Source: Planctomycetota bacterium (GTDB lineage: Bacteria > Planctomycetota > UBA1135 > UBA2386). Taken from it: a stretch of 64,000 nucleotides of DNA. The notes under the pieces were generated by a model. The model was not told where the DNA came from, ran no database searches, and saw only the letters and a list, made by a program, of their open reading frames with translations. The stretch's first letter is position 1, and every line of letters starts with the position of its first letter. Location of the stretch: positions 192,001 through 256,000 of the forward strand of contig CANMWZ010000002.1 of the NCBI GenBank assembly GCA_947501605.1, read 5' to 3'. Of the stretch, positions 41,348 through 51,716 are shown piece after piece. The position numbers were made by a program, and so were the translations under genes.

Positions 41348-42865
41348 TCAGCCAGCGGACAGCGAGCCTGGAATGCGCAGATACGCGCGCAGTCCCTGCC
41401 GACCACCCTCGCGACCGAAGCCTGACTCCTGGAAGCCACCAAACGGCGCCGCCGCATCGAAACGGTTGAAGGTGTTGTTCCAGATCACCCCGGCGCGCAG
41501 GCGTTCGGCGAGCCACAAGATGCGCGCACCCTTGTCGGTCCAGATGCCAGCCGACAGGCCGTAGCTCGTGTTGTTGGCCTTCTCGACCGCTTCCTCGGGC
41601 GTGCGAAAGGTCATCACCGACAGCACCGGGCCGAAGATCTCCTCGCGCGCAACACGGTGGCTCGAGGCGACGCCGGTGAACACCGACGGCGGGAACCAGT
41701 AGCCCTTGCTCGGCAGCACACACGGCGGTTGGAACAGACTGGCGCCTTCGTCGACACCGCTCTGCACCATTTCTTGGATGCGCGACAACTGGGCCTTGCT
41801 GTTGATCGCGCCCATGTCGGTGTTCTTGTCCATCGGGTCACCGGTCCGGATGCGCGCCATGCGCTGCCGCAACTTCGCCACGAACAGGTCGTGGATGCTC
41901 TCCTGCAACAACAAGCGCGAGCCGGCGCAGCAGACGTGACCTTGGTTGAAGAAGATGCCGCGCACGACGCCGTCGACGGCCTGGTCGATAGCCGCGTCCT
42001 CGAACACGACATGGGCTGCCTTGCCGCCCAGTTCGAGCGTCAGCTCCTTGCCGGACCCAGCGAGCTGTTGCTGGATCCGCTTGCCTACCTGCGTACTGCC
42101 CGTGAACGCGACTTTGGCGAGGTCCGGGTGCGAGACCAGTGCGGCACCGGTACGGCCATCGCCGGTCACGATGTTGACGACGCCCGGCGGCAGGCCGGCC
42201 TGCTGGCAGATCTCCGCCAGCCGCAGCGCCGTGAGCGGCGTCGTCTCGGCGGGCTTCAGCACGACGGTGTTGCCGCAGGCCAATGCGGGCGCCAGCTTCC
42301 ACGCCGCCATCAGCAGCGGGAAGTTCCACGGGATCACCTGTCCAACCACACCGAGCGGCTGCGGCTTGGCGCCGGGGAAGGCCAGCTCGAGCTTGTCGGC
42401 CCATCCCGCGTGGTAGAAAAAATGCTGCGCCGCGAGTGGCACGTCCACATCGCGCGACTCGCGGATCGGCTTGCCGCCGTCCATGGTCTCGAGGCAGGCG
42501 AGTTCGCGGGCCCGCTCCTGGATGATGCGAGCGATCCGGTAGAGGTAGCGGGCACGCGCCTCCCCGGAGAGCTTGCTCCACGCCGGGAATGCGGTCTTGG
42601 CCGCTTGCACCGCGCTGTCGACGTCCGCCGCTGAGCCCTGCGCAACCTCGCTGAGTGGTTGCTCCGTGGCCGGGTTGGTGGTCGCGAAGTACTCGCCTTC
42701 GGCCGGGGCCCGGAACTCGCCGCCGACGAACAGCTCGTAGCGTTTGGCGACGACGAAGTGGTCGGAGCCCTCCTTCGATGGTGCGTAGTTCCACACCCCG
42801 TCGAATCGGAGTTCGGGACCTGGGACAGCGGTCACGTGCGCCTGCTTCTCATCGTGGTCGACCAT
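41348..42865 (-). CDS. Aldehyde dehydrogenase (full length)
   Basis: IPWNFPLLM, FTGST, LELGGK, NQGHVCCAGSRL, EEIFGPV, PFGGFQESG. Confidence 0.96.
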   Translation of the reverse strand: MVDHDEKQAHVTAVPGPELRFDGVWNYAPSKEGSDHFVVAKRYELFVGGEFRAPAEGEYFATTNPATEQPLSEVAQGSAADVDSAVQAAKTAFPAWSKLSGEARARYLYRIARIIQERARELACLETMDGGKPIRESRDVDVPLAAQHFFYHAGWADKLELAFPGAKPQPLGVVGQVIPWNFPLLMAAWKLAPALACGNTVVLKPAETTPLTALRLAEICQQAGLPPGVVNIVTGDGRTGAALVSHPDLAKVAFTGSTQVGKRIQQQLAGSGKELTLELGGKAAHVVFEDAAIDQAVDGVVRGIFFNQGHVCCAGSRLLLQESIHDLFVAKLRQRMARIRTGDPMDKNTDMGAINSKAQLSRIQEMVQSGVDEGASLFQPPCVLPSKGYWFPPSVFTGVASSHRVAREEIFGPVLSVMTFRTPEEAVEKANNTSYGLSAGIWTDKGARILWLAERLRAGVIWNNTFNRFDAAAPFGGFQESGFGREGGRQGLRAYLRIPGSLSAG

Positions 42866-42977
42866 GGCGTGGCGACCATAGGCGGAGCGGGCTCGTGATG
42901 CACGCAAGCGCACCGGCGGCGCGAGTCTTGCGCTGCCCTATCCTCTGAACCGGGTCTTGGCCGATAGACTTCGGCGT

Positions 42978-43439
42978 ATGCGGTCACCCGTCCTCGCGCT
43001 CGCCCTGTTGTGCACTGGCTGCACTTGGTTCAAGGGCCATCAGGAAGTGCTCATCACCAGCGAGCCGCCGGGCGCCCACATCTGGCTCGACGGCCGCGAC
43101 ACCGGCGAGACCACCCCGCATGCCTTCAACATCGCCGGCAACTTTGGCTTCGACCACCCCCTCGAGCTGCAGAAGAAGGGCTACCGCGCGGAGCGTCGCA
43201 TGCTCTACCAGCAGACCCGGATGTACACCTCGCGGTGGATCGACGGCGCTGGCCCACCCGAGTTGCCGCCGTGGCCGATCGACTGGACCATGGGCGACGT
43301 CTTGTTCCCGTTCGGCGTGCGCGGCGCCATCGTTCCCGGTGAGGTCTACGTGAAGCTCTACCGCGAGGACGAGCCGCTGCTCGGTTTCGACGTGCTGCGC
43401 GAACGGGCCAAGACCGCGACCGCTGCAGAAGCGAAGTGA
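42978..43439 (+). CDS. PEGA-domain lipoprotein
   Basis: Lipobox-like LCTGC, ITSEPPGAHIWLDG..G.TTP, LQKKGY. Confidence 0.85.
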   Translation: MRSPVLALALLCTGCTWFKGHQEVLITSEPPGAHIWLDGRDTGETTPHAFNIAGNFGFDHPLELQKKGYRAERRMLYQQTRMYTSRWIDGAGPPELPPWPIDWTMGDVLFPFGVRGAIVPGEVYVKLYREDEPLLGFDVLRERAKTATAAEAK

Positions 43440-44005
43440 CGCGCGCGGTCTTTCTCGACCGCGACGGCACGATCAATCGCGAGGTCAGCTTTGTCGCGCG
43501 TGCCGACCAGTTTGTGCTGCTGCCCGGCGTGCACTCGGCCCTAGGACGACTGGTCGACGCTGGCTTCGCAGTCGTCGTCGTGACGAACCAGAGCGGCATT
43601 GCCCGCGGCCTCTACACCGAGGACGACCTCGCCCGCATTCACGAACTGGCCCAGCAACAGCTCGGACACCTCGTGCGCGCATTCTTGCACTGCCCGCACC
43701 ACCCCGATCTACCGGGCCCTTACGGCGGCGCCTGCACCTGCCGCAAACCGCAGAGCGGCCTCGTGCTCGCGGCCCAGGAACTGCTCAGTCTCCAGCTCGA
43801 AGGCTCCTATCTGGTCGGCGACAGCGCCCGCGACGTACTCGCGGCCAGAGGACTGCCATTGCGCACGGTCTACGTGCACAGCGGCAAGCCACCGCGCGAA
43901 GAGCTGGCGCAGCTCGCAGCAGCGAACTTCGCGCCCACGGCAGAGGCGATGGACCTGCCGGCGGCGGTTGACTGGATCCTGCGCGACTCGAGCGGCGAGG
44001 AGTAA
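43436..44005 (+). CDS. gmhB: D-glycero-D-manno-heptose 1,7-bisphosphate phosphatase (HAD-IIIA)
   Basis: FLDRDGTIN, VTNQSGIARG, CPHHP, CTCRKP, VGDS. Confidence 0.9.
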   Translation: MTRAVFLDRDGTINREVSFVARADQFVLLPGVHSALGRLVDAGFAVVVVTNQSGIARGLYTEDDLARIHELAQQQLGHLVRAFLHCPHHPDLPGPYGGACTCRKPQSGLVLAAQELLSLQLEGSYLVGDSARDVLAARGLPLRTVYVHSGKPPREELAQLAAANFAPTAEAMDLPAAVDWILRDSSGEE

Positions 44006-44072
44006 CCCCCCACCGCTATGCTCGGGGTGTTGCACCGCGCTGCAAATCGACGCGCGGTTGCACCACTGCGCC

Positions 44073-45521
44073 ATGACGAACCTCCGCTGCGTACTGCTTC
44101 TGCTCGTCTGTAGCCTCGCCCCAAAGCTGTCCGACCTCGCCGCGCAGTCGCGCCCGGCGGCCGATCGCTACGAGCTCGGCCTGCGCTTGCGCGCCTTCGA
44201 ACGCCAACTCGACCGCACCACGGATGCCGCGCGTCGCAAGGCGGCCTTCGTCGAACTCGACGCCGCGGTGCAGGCGTTCTTCGGCATGAATCTCGACGCC
44301 GTCGCAACCAGCGTCGAAGCGGCGGCCACGGCGCTGCACGCGAAAGTGCCCACCGACGACGAGCGCTTCGCCGCGCGGCTGTGGCTGCATTTGCCGCAAC
44401 GCCTCGTCGACTGCGAGGCGGTCTCGGTCGCGTGCGAACTGCGCTCCCTGCCACCACCGCGCGGCGATGACGAGTTCGTTGCCCCGACCGACGCCGTGCT
44501 CGTGTTGCGAGTCGTCGGCCACGATGCCGAACTCGCGCGCCTCGCTATCGGCGAACTGCCGCAGACCGTCGCGCTGCCGCTCGCGGGCCTGAGCGCTGGC
44601 GACCTCACGCTGCAGTGGTCAGTACAGCGCGGGGCCACGGTGCTGCAGGTCCGCGAACAGGGAATCTCGCTCGTAACGGCGCGCGACCAACGACTGAAGG
44701 CCCTGGAGCAATCCGCAGACGCGACGGAAGATCGCACGGACCTCGAGGGCCACACCCTGATGCGTCTCGTACGCACGCTGCGCGGGATGACCAAGGACCA
44801 CAGCGAAGAGACCATCCTTCCCGGGGCCCGGCTGCTGGCCGAGGCCGAGAGCCTGGCGAAACTCGAGGCCAACGCGCGCCACTACGCGGCGACTGCTAGC
44901 GGCCAGTACTGGCTGTGCGTGCCGACCGAAAAGGGCGCCGTGCATGTGCGCTTGTGCCTGCCCGCGAACAGCACGGCCGGAGACTTGGCCCCGCTCGTGC
45001 TGGCACTCCACGGCGCTGGCGGCAGCGAGAACCTGTTTTGCGACGGCTATGGCGATGGCGCCACAGTCCGGCAGTGCGCAGAGCGCGGTTGGATCCTGTG
45101 CGCCCCGCGGTCGTCGGGGATGACCGGTGTCGAGTTGCCAGCACTCATCGACGCCCTGGCCGAGCGATTCCCAGTCGACCGCGACCGCGTCGTGCTGATC
45201 GGCCACAGCATGGGCGCGATGCAGGCCATTGCGCAGGCAACGCGCGCACCTGACCGCTTCGCTGCCGTTGCCGCGCTCGGCGGCGGCGGCTCGGTCAGGG
45301 CCGGGGCCAAGCTCGAACGGCTGCCGTTCTTCGTCGGCGCCGGCGAACGCGACTTCGGGCGCAACGGGGCCTACTCGCTGTCGCAGCAACTGGCGAAGGT
45401 CGAGGCCAAGACGACGTGGCGCGAGTACGCGGACGTCGAACACCTCGCCGTCGTGCAAGTGGCACTGCCCGACGTGTTCGCGTTCTTCGATCGCTCGCTG
45501 GAAGCCGCGCGTGCACGCTGA
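44073..45521 (+). CDS. Secreted alpha/beta hydrolase (esterase-like)
   Basis: Signal peptide, LVLALHGAGG, GHSMG nucleophile elbow, C-terminal Asp and His. Confidence 0.85.
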   Translation: MTNLRCVLLLLVCSLAPKLSDLAAQSRPAADRYELGLRLRAFERQLDRTTDAARRKAAFVELDAAVQAFFGMNLDAVATSVEAAATALHAKVPTDDERFAARLWLHLPQRLVDCEAVSVACELRSLPPPRGDDEFVAPTDAVLVLRVVGHDAELARLAIGELPQTVALPLAGLSAGDLTLQWSVQRGATVLQVREQGISLVTARDQRLKALEQSADATEDRTDLEGHTLMRLVRTLRGMTKDHSEETILPGARLLAEAESLAKLEANARHYAATASGQYWLCVPTEKGAVHVRLCLPANSTAGDLAPLVLALHGAGGSENLFCDGYGDGATVRQCAERGWILCAPRSSGMTGVELPALIDALAERFPVDRDRVVLIGHSMGAMQAIAQATRAPDRFAAVAALGGGGSVRAGAKLERLPFFVGAGERDFGRNGAYSLSQQLAKVEAKTTWREYADVEHLAVVQVALPDVFAFFDRSLEAARAR

Positions 45522-47055
45522 AGCAATCGCGACGGCGCGTTCCCTGGCCCCGGCACGCAAGACGCACGCGAGCCTCGCGTGTTGGCTGCTCGTTGTACCT
45601 CTTTGGGCACCGCTCTGGCTCGTGGCACCAATCGTCGCTCAGGATCCTGTGCTCGTAGCCGCCGGGGCCGACGCCGCGACGTTGGCAGCCGCGGCAGCGC
45701 GGGTGCGGCCAAGCCCTCGCCAACTCGCTTGGCAAGCGCACGGGTTCGTCGCCTTCGTGCACTTTGGCATGAACACATTCACGGACCGCGAATGGGGCGA
45801 CGGTACCGAGACACCCGCCACGTTCGCGCCGACCGACTTCGACGCCGCGCAGTGGGTTTCCACGTTTGCCGATGCCGGGATGCGCGGGCTGGTATTGACC
45901 TGCAAGCATCATGACGGCTTCGCCCTGTGGCCAACTTCGGTGACCGCACACAGCGTCGCGTCCTCGCCGTGGCGGCACGGCGACGGCGACATCGTCGCTG
46001 AGGTCGCCGACGCGTGCCGGGCACGCGGACTGTCGTTTGGGGTCTATCTGTCCCCGTGGGATCGACACTGCAAGGAGTTCGGCACGCGCGCCTACCACGA
46101 GATTTTCCAGACGCAGCTTCGCGAACTGTGCACGAACTACGGCCCGCTGTTCGAAGTCTGGTTCGACGGCGCCAACTGTCCGAGCGATCAGCCCGAGGTG
46201 TTCGACTGGCAGGCCCACTTCCGACTCGTGCGTCAACTGCAGCCGGATGCCGCCATCGCCATCACCGGGCCAGACGTGCGCTGGGTTGGCAACGAGGCTG
46301 GCCGCACTCGCGAGCAGGAATGGAGCGTGCTGCCACTCGATGTCGCCGAGAGCGGCGGCTTCGAGCAGGATCGAACTGCCTGGCAGTCGCTCTGGCGGTT
46401 GCGGGAACGCAACCAAGCGCACGATCTCGGCTCACGCAGCGCCCTGACCGGGGCTCGTCGCTTGTGCTGGTGGCCTGCCGAAACCGATGTCTCGATCCGT
46501 CCCGGCTGGTTCTTCCACGAGGCCGAGAACGACAAGGTGAAGAGCAAGGGCGAGCTGCTCGACTTCTGGTTCGCCGCAGTCGGCGGCAACGCGGTCTTGC
46601 TGCTCAACGTGCCGCCCGACCGCCGCGGCCGCATCGCCGACCAAGACGTGGCCGTACTCCGCGAAGTGGGCGCCCACTTGCAGGCGACGTTCGGCATCGA
46701 CTTGCTCGCGCAAGCCGACCGGCGCGACCGCCGCGGAACGTGGGAGTTCTACTTTGCCGAGGAGCGCACGTTCGACGTGGTCGACCTCCGCGAAGAGGTC
46801 GGCAGTCGCGGCCAGTGTGTGGAAGCCTTCGCCATCGAGGTGTGGGACGGCGAGCGCTTCACGGAGGTGGCGACCGGCACCACGATTGGGTTTCGCCGCC
46901 TCGTGCGACTGCCGCTCACGACGGCCCGCGGGCTGCGCGTTCGCATCCGGCAGAGCCGCAGCGAGACGCGACTCGCCCACATCTCGCTCCACCGGCAGCC
47001 GCCTCCGGCACCAGCCAGCACCGAGCCGACGAAGCCGAGTTCGCGGCCTCGCTGA
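45511..47055 (+). CDS. Alpha-L-fucosidase (GH29) with C-terminal beta-sandwich
   Basis: FVHFGMNTF, TCKHHDGFALW, YLSPWD, VWFDGA, RWVGNE, SIRPGWF, LLLNVPP. Start approximate. Confidence 0.92.
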   Translation: MHAEAIATARSLAPARKTHASLACWLLVVPLWAPLWLVAPIVAQDPVLVAAGADAATLAAAAARVRPSPRQLAWQAHGFVAFVHFGMNTFTDREWGDGTETPATFAPTDFDAAQWVSTFADAGMRGLVLTCKHHDGFALWPTSVTAHSVASSPWRHGDGDIVAEVADACRARGLSFGVYLSPWDRHCKEFGTRAYHEIFQTQLRELCTNYGPLFEVWFDGANCPSDQPEVFDWQAHFRLVRQLQPDAAIAITGPDVRWVGNEAGRTREQEWSVLPLDVAESGGFEQDRTAWQSLWRLRERNQAHDLGSRSALTGARRLCWWPAETDVSIRPGWFFHEAENDKVKSKGELLDFWFAAVGGNAVLLLNVPPDRRGRIADQDVAVLREVGAHLQATFGIDLLAQADRRDRRGTWEFYFAEERTFDVVDLREEVGSRGQCVEAFAIEVWDGERFTEVATGTTIGFRRLVRLPLTTARGLRVRIRQSRSETRLAHISLHRQPPPAPASTEPTKPSSRPR

Positions 47056-47135
47056 CACGATTCCTTACGTTGTCGCGGCCGAAGTGCCGCCAGGGACTCG
47101 ACCGCACGCCGCCAGACGGCAGACTTCTCGGGATC

Positions 47136-49496
47136 ATGCGCCGGTTGTTGTGCTGCTGCCTCGCGGCCTCGTTTTCCGGGACCGCCGACGCCCAGGGATT
47201 GGCTTGGTCCGTGCCGGATCAAGGGGCGCTGGTCTACACGCGTGTTGTCGAGCACTTGGCGTTCCTTCCCGCCGCGACCGCGCTCAAGCAGGACGTGGTG
47301 GTCGCCGGCGGCGAAGACGGTGGCCACGAGTGGCGTGTCTTCACGTGCCCGAGCAACGGCGTGCCGCCGGGCTTTGAGAACCCGGGCTTTGACGACAGCA
47401 GCTGGAGCACAGGACGGGGCGAGTTCGGCACCGACGTCGGCACCAACCAGAATCAACGAACGCACTGGGGCAGCGAGGTGCTCCTCCTGCGCAGCCGCAT
47501 CGATGTCGGCAAGAAGAAGCCACGAGCGATCCTCTTCCGCATCACGCACGACGATGCCGTACGGGTGTTCTGGAACGGCGAGAAGCTGATCGAGAACCTC
47601 GGCTACGGACGCGACCGCACGTACATCATTGCCGGCAAGCAACTGGCGGCCATGAGCTCAGGCGGTGCGGGTCTGTTGGTCGCATCGTGCGAGAACACCG
47701 GCGGGGCGCAGATGTTCGACCTCGCCATGTCGGTGTTGCCGAGCTTGCCTGCGGGTGTGAAGAGTGCCGAGGACCTGCAGCAGGTCCTCGATCAAGGTCG
47801 GCAGACAGCCGATCATGTGTCGCGCGAATTCGTCGGCTCCTTTCGACCGCCAGCGCTCCTGCTGCACGGCGAACTCGATGCCGAGAAGCAGCGGGTGCGG
47901 TGCCCGCCGGGCGACGTTCGCGAACTCGCGTTCTGGGTCGCCTGCGACCTCGAACACGGCGTCACCGGCGGCGCCTACCAGCAGGAGATTCCCCGCCTCT
48001 ACCGCCTCGGCGACGTGCAGCTGAAGGGCAAGGTTCTGCCCGTGGATGCTGAGGGCTGGCAGACGCTCGATGTCACGGTCAAGAACCCCGGCGAGCCCGC
48101 ACTGCGCGGCGACACCAAGCGCTACGTGCAGCGGCACGTACTGCCCTACGTCAACTACGGCATCGATGGCCGCATCCAGATCCGGCGGCGGCTCGAGATG
48201 AAGGGCGATCGCGCCCGCATTGCCGAGGCCCAGTGCACCTTCACGGCCCGCATCCTGCGCGGCAAGGACAAGAACGACTACGCCGCCGACTTCCGCCAGC
48301 GCGAGAACTTCCGCTTTGCAGAAGAGCGCGATGGCCAGGACGCGCCGTTCCGACTCGCAGTCAGCAAGGCGATCGATGGCGGCACGAAGTTCCTGCGCGA
48401 CAAGTTGGGCAACCTCGGGGCGCCATCACTGCGCGCCGAAGGCGACGAAGACAACCGCACCTACCACACCGGTCGGATGGCGCTGGGTCTCCTGGCCCTG
48501 ATCAAGGGCGGCATCAAGAAGACCGACCCGGTACTGCTTCGCTGCTTGGACGAGTTGCGCCAGCGCCCCCTCATCGACACCTACTCCCTGGGCAACGCGC
48601 TGATGGCGATGGAGGCGTTCCATTCGAGTGGCCATGACGCCGCCGACCTCGCCCAGGGTGCGATCGACCGCGCCCGCCGCCTATCGGTGCCCGAAAACGA
48701 CAAGGCGTTGATGCAGCGGTGGACCAACCAGTTGCTCGACAACGTCGACACCCGCGTCGAGAGCAACTACCTGCTGCGCTTCAACTACGTCCGCGACCGC
48801 CGCTTCGACAACTCCGTCAACCAGTACGGCCTGCTCGGCCTCTACTCGGCCCACCTCTGCGGCATCGACATCTCACCGAGCCTGTGGGAAGGCGCCGCCA
48901 ACCATCTGATTACCGCGCAGTGTGAATCCAAGGGCACGCTCAACCTCGACCTCACAGACTTTCGCACGCTCGCACGCGTCGAAGTCGCGGACGACAGCAA
49001 ACGGACGGCGACGATGCTGCCCGTTCGCCCCGCGGGCTGGACGTATGAGGATCCGAAGTGGGATGGCGAGAACCAACCTGCTTGGGGGAGCATGACGTGC
49101 GCCGGCATCACCGGCCTTGCGATCAGTCAGGCCGCATTGCTCGATCTCGGTCAAAAGCGGATCAAGCTCCAGAATGACGCCGACGCGGCGCGCCATGCCG
49201 GTTTCGGCTGGCTCGCGCAAAACCTGACGTTGCGCTACCACCCAGGCCACATGGAGCGGCAGCAACACTGGCTCTACTACTACCTCTACGGCCTCGAACG
49301 CGCGGCGCTGCTCTCGGGCATCGGCCGGATCCAAGGCCGCGACTGGTACTTCGAAGGCGCAATGGTGCTGCTCGGTGCTCAGGATGCAAACGGCAGCTGG
49401 CCCGGTGAGCTGTACCCGGACCAAGAAATCGAGCGCGCGGCCATGGCCGTCTTGTTTCTGAAGCGCGGGACCTCGCCCGTCCTCACCGGCCAGTGA
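47136..49496 (+). CDS. Secreted protein: galactose-binding-like domain plus prenyltransferase/terpene-cyclase-like barrel
   Basis: Signal peptide, GFDDSSW..G, HDD.VRVFWNG, DNSVNQYGLLGL, SMTCAG, YYYLYGLER, DWY, Q...GSW. Confidence 0.7.
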   Translation: MRRLLCCCLAASFSGTADAQGLAWSVPDQGALVYTRVVEHLAFLPAATALKQDVVVAGGEDGGHEWRVFTCPSNGVPPGFENPGFDDSSWSTGRGEFGTDVGTNQNQRTHWGSEVLLLRSRIDVGKKKPRAILFRITHDDAVRVFWNGEKLIENLGYGRDRTYIIAGKQLAAMSSGGAGLLVASCENTGGAQMFDLAMSVLPSLPAGVKSAEDLQQVLDQGRQTADHVSREFVGSFRPPALLLHGELDAEKQRVRCPPGDVRELAFWVACDLEHGVTGGAYQQEIPRLYRLGDVQLKGKVLPVDAEGWQTLDVTVKNPGEPALRGDTKRYVQRHVLPYVNYGIDGRIQIRRRLEMKGDRARIAEAQCTFTARILRGKDKNDYAADFRQRENFRFAEERDGQDAPFRLAVSKAIDGGTKFLRDKLGNLGAPSLRAEGDEDNRTYHTGRMALGLLALIKGGIKKTDPVLLRCLDELRQRPLIDTYSLGNALMAMEAFHSSGHDAADLAQGAIDRARRLSVPENDKALMQRWTNQLLDNVDTRVESNYLLRFNYVRDRRFDNSVNQYGLLGLYSAHLCGIDISPSLWEGAANHLITAQCESKGTLNLDLTDFRTLARVEVADDSKRTATMLPVRPAGWTYEDPKWDGENQPAWGSMTCAGITGLAISQAALLDLGQKRIKLQNDADAARHAGFGWLAQNLTLRYHPGHMERQQHWLYYYLYGLERAALLSGIGRIQGRDWYFEGAMVLLGAQDANGSWPGELYPDQEIERAAMAVLFLKRGTSPVLTGQ

Positions 49497-50092
49497 GAGC
49501 CTCGTGGATCGGCAACGCGGCCTTGCCGCTCCTGGCCGCCTGCGCCACGTCACCCGACTACCGAACGGTCGATCTCACCGCCGAGTTTGTGCCCGTTCGG
49601 TTTGGTGGAGAAGGCGACATCCACCGCGACGGCGAAGGGCTCGTGCTGGAGCCTGGTTCGCCGCTGACCGGCGGCACCTTCTCGATCTCGCTCCCCACCA
49701 CAGGCTACGAACTCGAGTTAGCTGTCGCGCGACTCGGTGGCGTCGACTTCTTCTGCGGCCTGACGCTGCCAACGAGCCGCGGTTGCCTCACGTTGGTGCT
49801 CGGCGGTTGGGGCGGCGCGGTCTGTGGCTTGTCCTGCCTCGATGGACTCGATGCTGCCCGCAACACCACCCGCACGCTGCGGCACTTCGTGACGGCAAAG
49901 GACTATGCCATCACGGTCCGTGTCGACGGCGAGGCGATCGCCGTCGCCATCGACAGCGAGCCGTTGTTTCGCGCCGAACTCGGCGAGCAGACCGTGGCCG
50001 TTCGCGCCGAGGTCGAATTGACCGAGCCGTTCGGCTTCTGCTGCTACGCGACCAAGGCCGCACTCCGGTATCTGCGGTGGCGAGCGCTGTGA
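49493..50092 (+). CDS. Lipoprotein, DUF1080-like (concanavalin-type) domain
   Basis: Lipobox LAAC, FGGEG, YELEL...G.DFFCGLT.P, LGGWGG.VCGLS. Confidence 0.7.
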   Translation: MRASWIGNAALPLLAACATSPDYRTVDLTAEFVPVRFGGEGDIHRDGEGLVLEPGSPLTGGTFSISLPTTGYELELAVARLGGVDFFCGLTLPTSRGCLTLVLGGWGGAVCGLSCLDGLDAARNTTRTLRHFVTAKDYAITVRVDGEAIAVAIDSEPLFRAELGEQTVAVRAEVELTEPFGFCCYATKAALRYLRWRAL

Positions 50093-50165
50093 CTCGCCGA
50101 TGGCAGGCGCTGTGACTCCACCGTTGCGCGCGCCTTGGCAGCGCGGGACAACTGCCGCAGCTCCT

Positions 50166-51629
50166 ATGCCCACGTCTTTCGTGTTCTGGCTCCTGCTGCT
50201 GACCGCAACTCTCTCGGCCCAGAAGCTGCCAGCACCACCGGCGCCGCTGTGTGAGTTTCGCGGTGCCTGGGTGGCGACCGTCGACAACATCGATTGGCCG
50301 AGCAAGCCTGGCCTGTCCAGCGAACGGGCGCAGCAAGAACTCGCCGCGATCGTCGATGCCGCGGCGGCGATGCGACTCAACGCGCTGGTGTTTCAGGTGC
50401 GGCCCTCGGGCGATGCGTTCTACGCCAGCGAACGCGAACCGTGGTCCGAATGGCTGACCGGTCGACAGGGGCAGGCGCCTGCGCCGCTGTGGGACCCACT
50501 GTCGTTCTTGATCGAGCGAGCGCACCAACGCGGCCTCGAAGTGCACGCGTGGTTCAACCCATTTCGTGCCAAGCACGAATCCGCGAACTCCTCGGCAGAT
50601 CGCGCGCACGTGACCCGCCGCCTCCCGGCCGCCTGCGTGAGCTACGACAAGCAGACCTGGATGGACCCCGGGGATGCGCGCGCCGTGGACTGGTCGCTCG
50701 CGGTGATTGCCGATGTCGTGCGGCGCTACGACATCGACGGCGTTCATCTCGATGACTACTTCTACCCCTACCCGGTGAAGGACTTGCCGTTTCCGGACGA
50801 CGTGAGTTTCGCGCGCTACCGCAAGGGCGGCGGCAAACTCGGGCGCTCCGACTGGCGGCGGCAGAACATCGACACCCTGGTCGCGCGACTCGCCGACGAG
50901 ACCCACGCGCAGAAGCCGTTCGTCAAAGTCGGCATCAGTCCATTCGGCATCGCGCGACCGGGAGTCCCGAGCGGCATCAAGGCTGGCATCGACCAGTACG
51001 ACCAGCTCTACGCCAACGTCGTGGGGTGGCTGCAGGGCGGCCACGTCGACTATCTCGCACCGCAGCTCTACTGGCCGATCGACCAGAAGCCGCAGAGCTT
51101 TGCCGTGTTGCTGCCGTGGTGGAACGGCCAGAACACCAAGAACCGCCACGTGTGGCCAGGCCTCAACGCCAGCAAGGCACTGCAAGCCAAGCGACCTTGG
51201 CGCGAGGACGAATTGGTCCAGCAGGTGGACATGATTCGCCAACAGGGTGCATCGCCAGGCCACGTGCATTTCAGCTGGAAGGCAATCAAGCCGGGAACAA
51301 CTCTTCATCGCCAACTGACGGCGGAGACCTACGGCGAAGCCGCACCGGTGCCGGCGTCGCCGTGGCTCGGCAACGCGCCACGGCCCGCGATTCCAGAACT
51401 GACGATCGAGGCGACTGGCAACGGGCACCGCGCGATCGTGCAGGTCGATGCAAACGCCCGCTTCTACGTCGTTCAAGTGTTGCGCGGCACGCGCTGGCGC
51501 ACCCTGTGCGTCCGCGGTCGGCAGACGACAGCCGTGGCGTTGCCGGCCGATGTTCGCGCCGTTGCCGTGCGCGGGATCGCCGCCAACGGCCTGTTCGGCG
51601 AGTGGCGAGGCCTGCCGATGACCCCGTGA
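50166..51629 (+). CDS. Glycosyl hydrolase-like 10 (DUF187, YddW/DigH family)
   Basis: EFRGAWVATVDNIDWPS, FQVRP.GDA.Y, HAWFNPFR, DGVHLDDYFYPY, DYLAPQLYW. Confidence 0.92.
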   Translation: MPTSFVFWLLLLTATLSAQKLPAPPAPLCEFRGAWVATVDNIDWPSKPGLSSERAQQELAAIVDAAAAMRLNALVFQVRPSGDAFYASEREPWSEWLTGRQGQAPAPLWDPLSFLIERAHQRGLEVHAWFNPFRAKHESANSSADRAHVTRRLPAACVSYDKQTWMDPGDARAVDWSLAVIADVVRRYDIDGVHLDDYFYPYPVKDLPFPDDVSFARYRKGGGKLGRSDWRRQNIDTLVARLADETHAQKPFVKVGISPFGIARPGVPSGIKAGIDQYDQLYANVVGWLQGGHVDYLAPQLYWPIDQKPQSFAVLLPWWNGQNTKNRHVWPGLNASKALQAKRPWREDELVQQVDMIRQQGASPGHVHFSWKAIKPGTTLHRQLTAETYGEAAPVPASPWLGNAPRPAIPELTIEATGNGHRAIVQVDANARFYVVQVLRGTRWRTLCVRGRQTTAVALPADVRAVAVRGIAANGLFGEWRGLPMTP

Positions 51630-51716
51630 ACGTGCCGTCGGCGGCCTCGTGCCACGGCCAAAGAGGCGCACGGGCTCAGCCGCCTGCCACGGCCTCTGGC
51701 CGGCGCGCCGTCGGCG

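Noticed and set aside
46014..47135. N-terminal 374 aa of the 1160-aa ORF, suggesting a frameshift fusion with GH29
   Set aside because: It overlaps an intact GH29 gene in another frame. A clean signal peptide starts at 47136.
48350..49496. Squalene-hopene cyclase
   Set aside because: There is no DxDD motif, only one barrel, and the protein carries a signal peptide.
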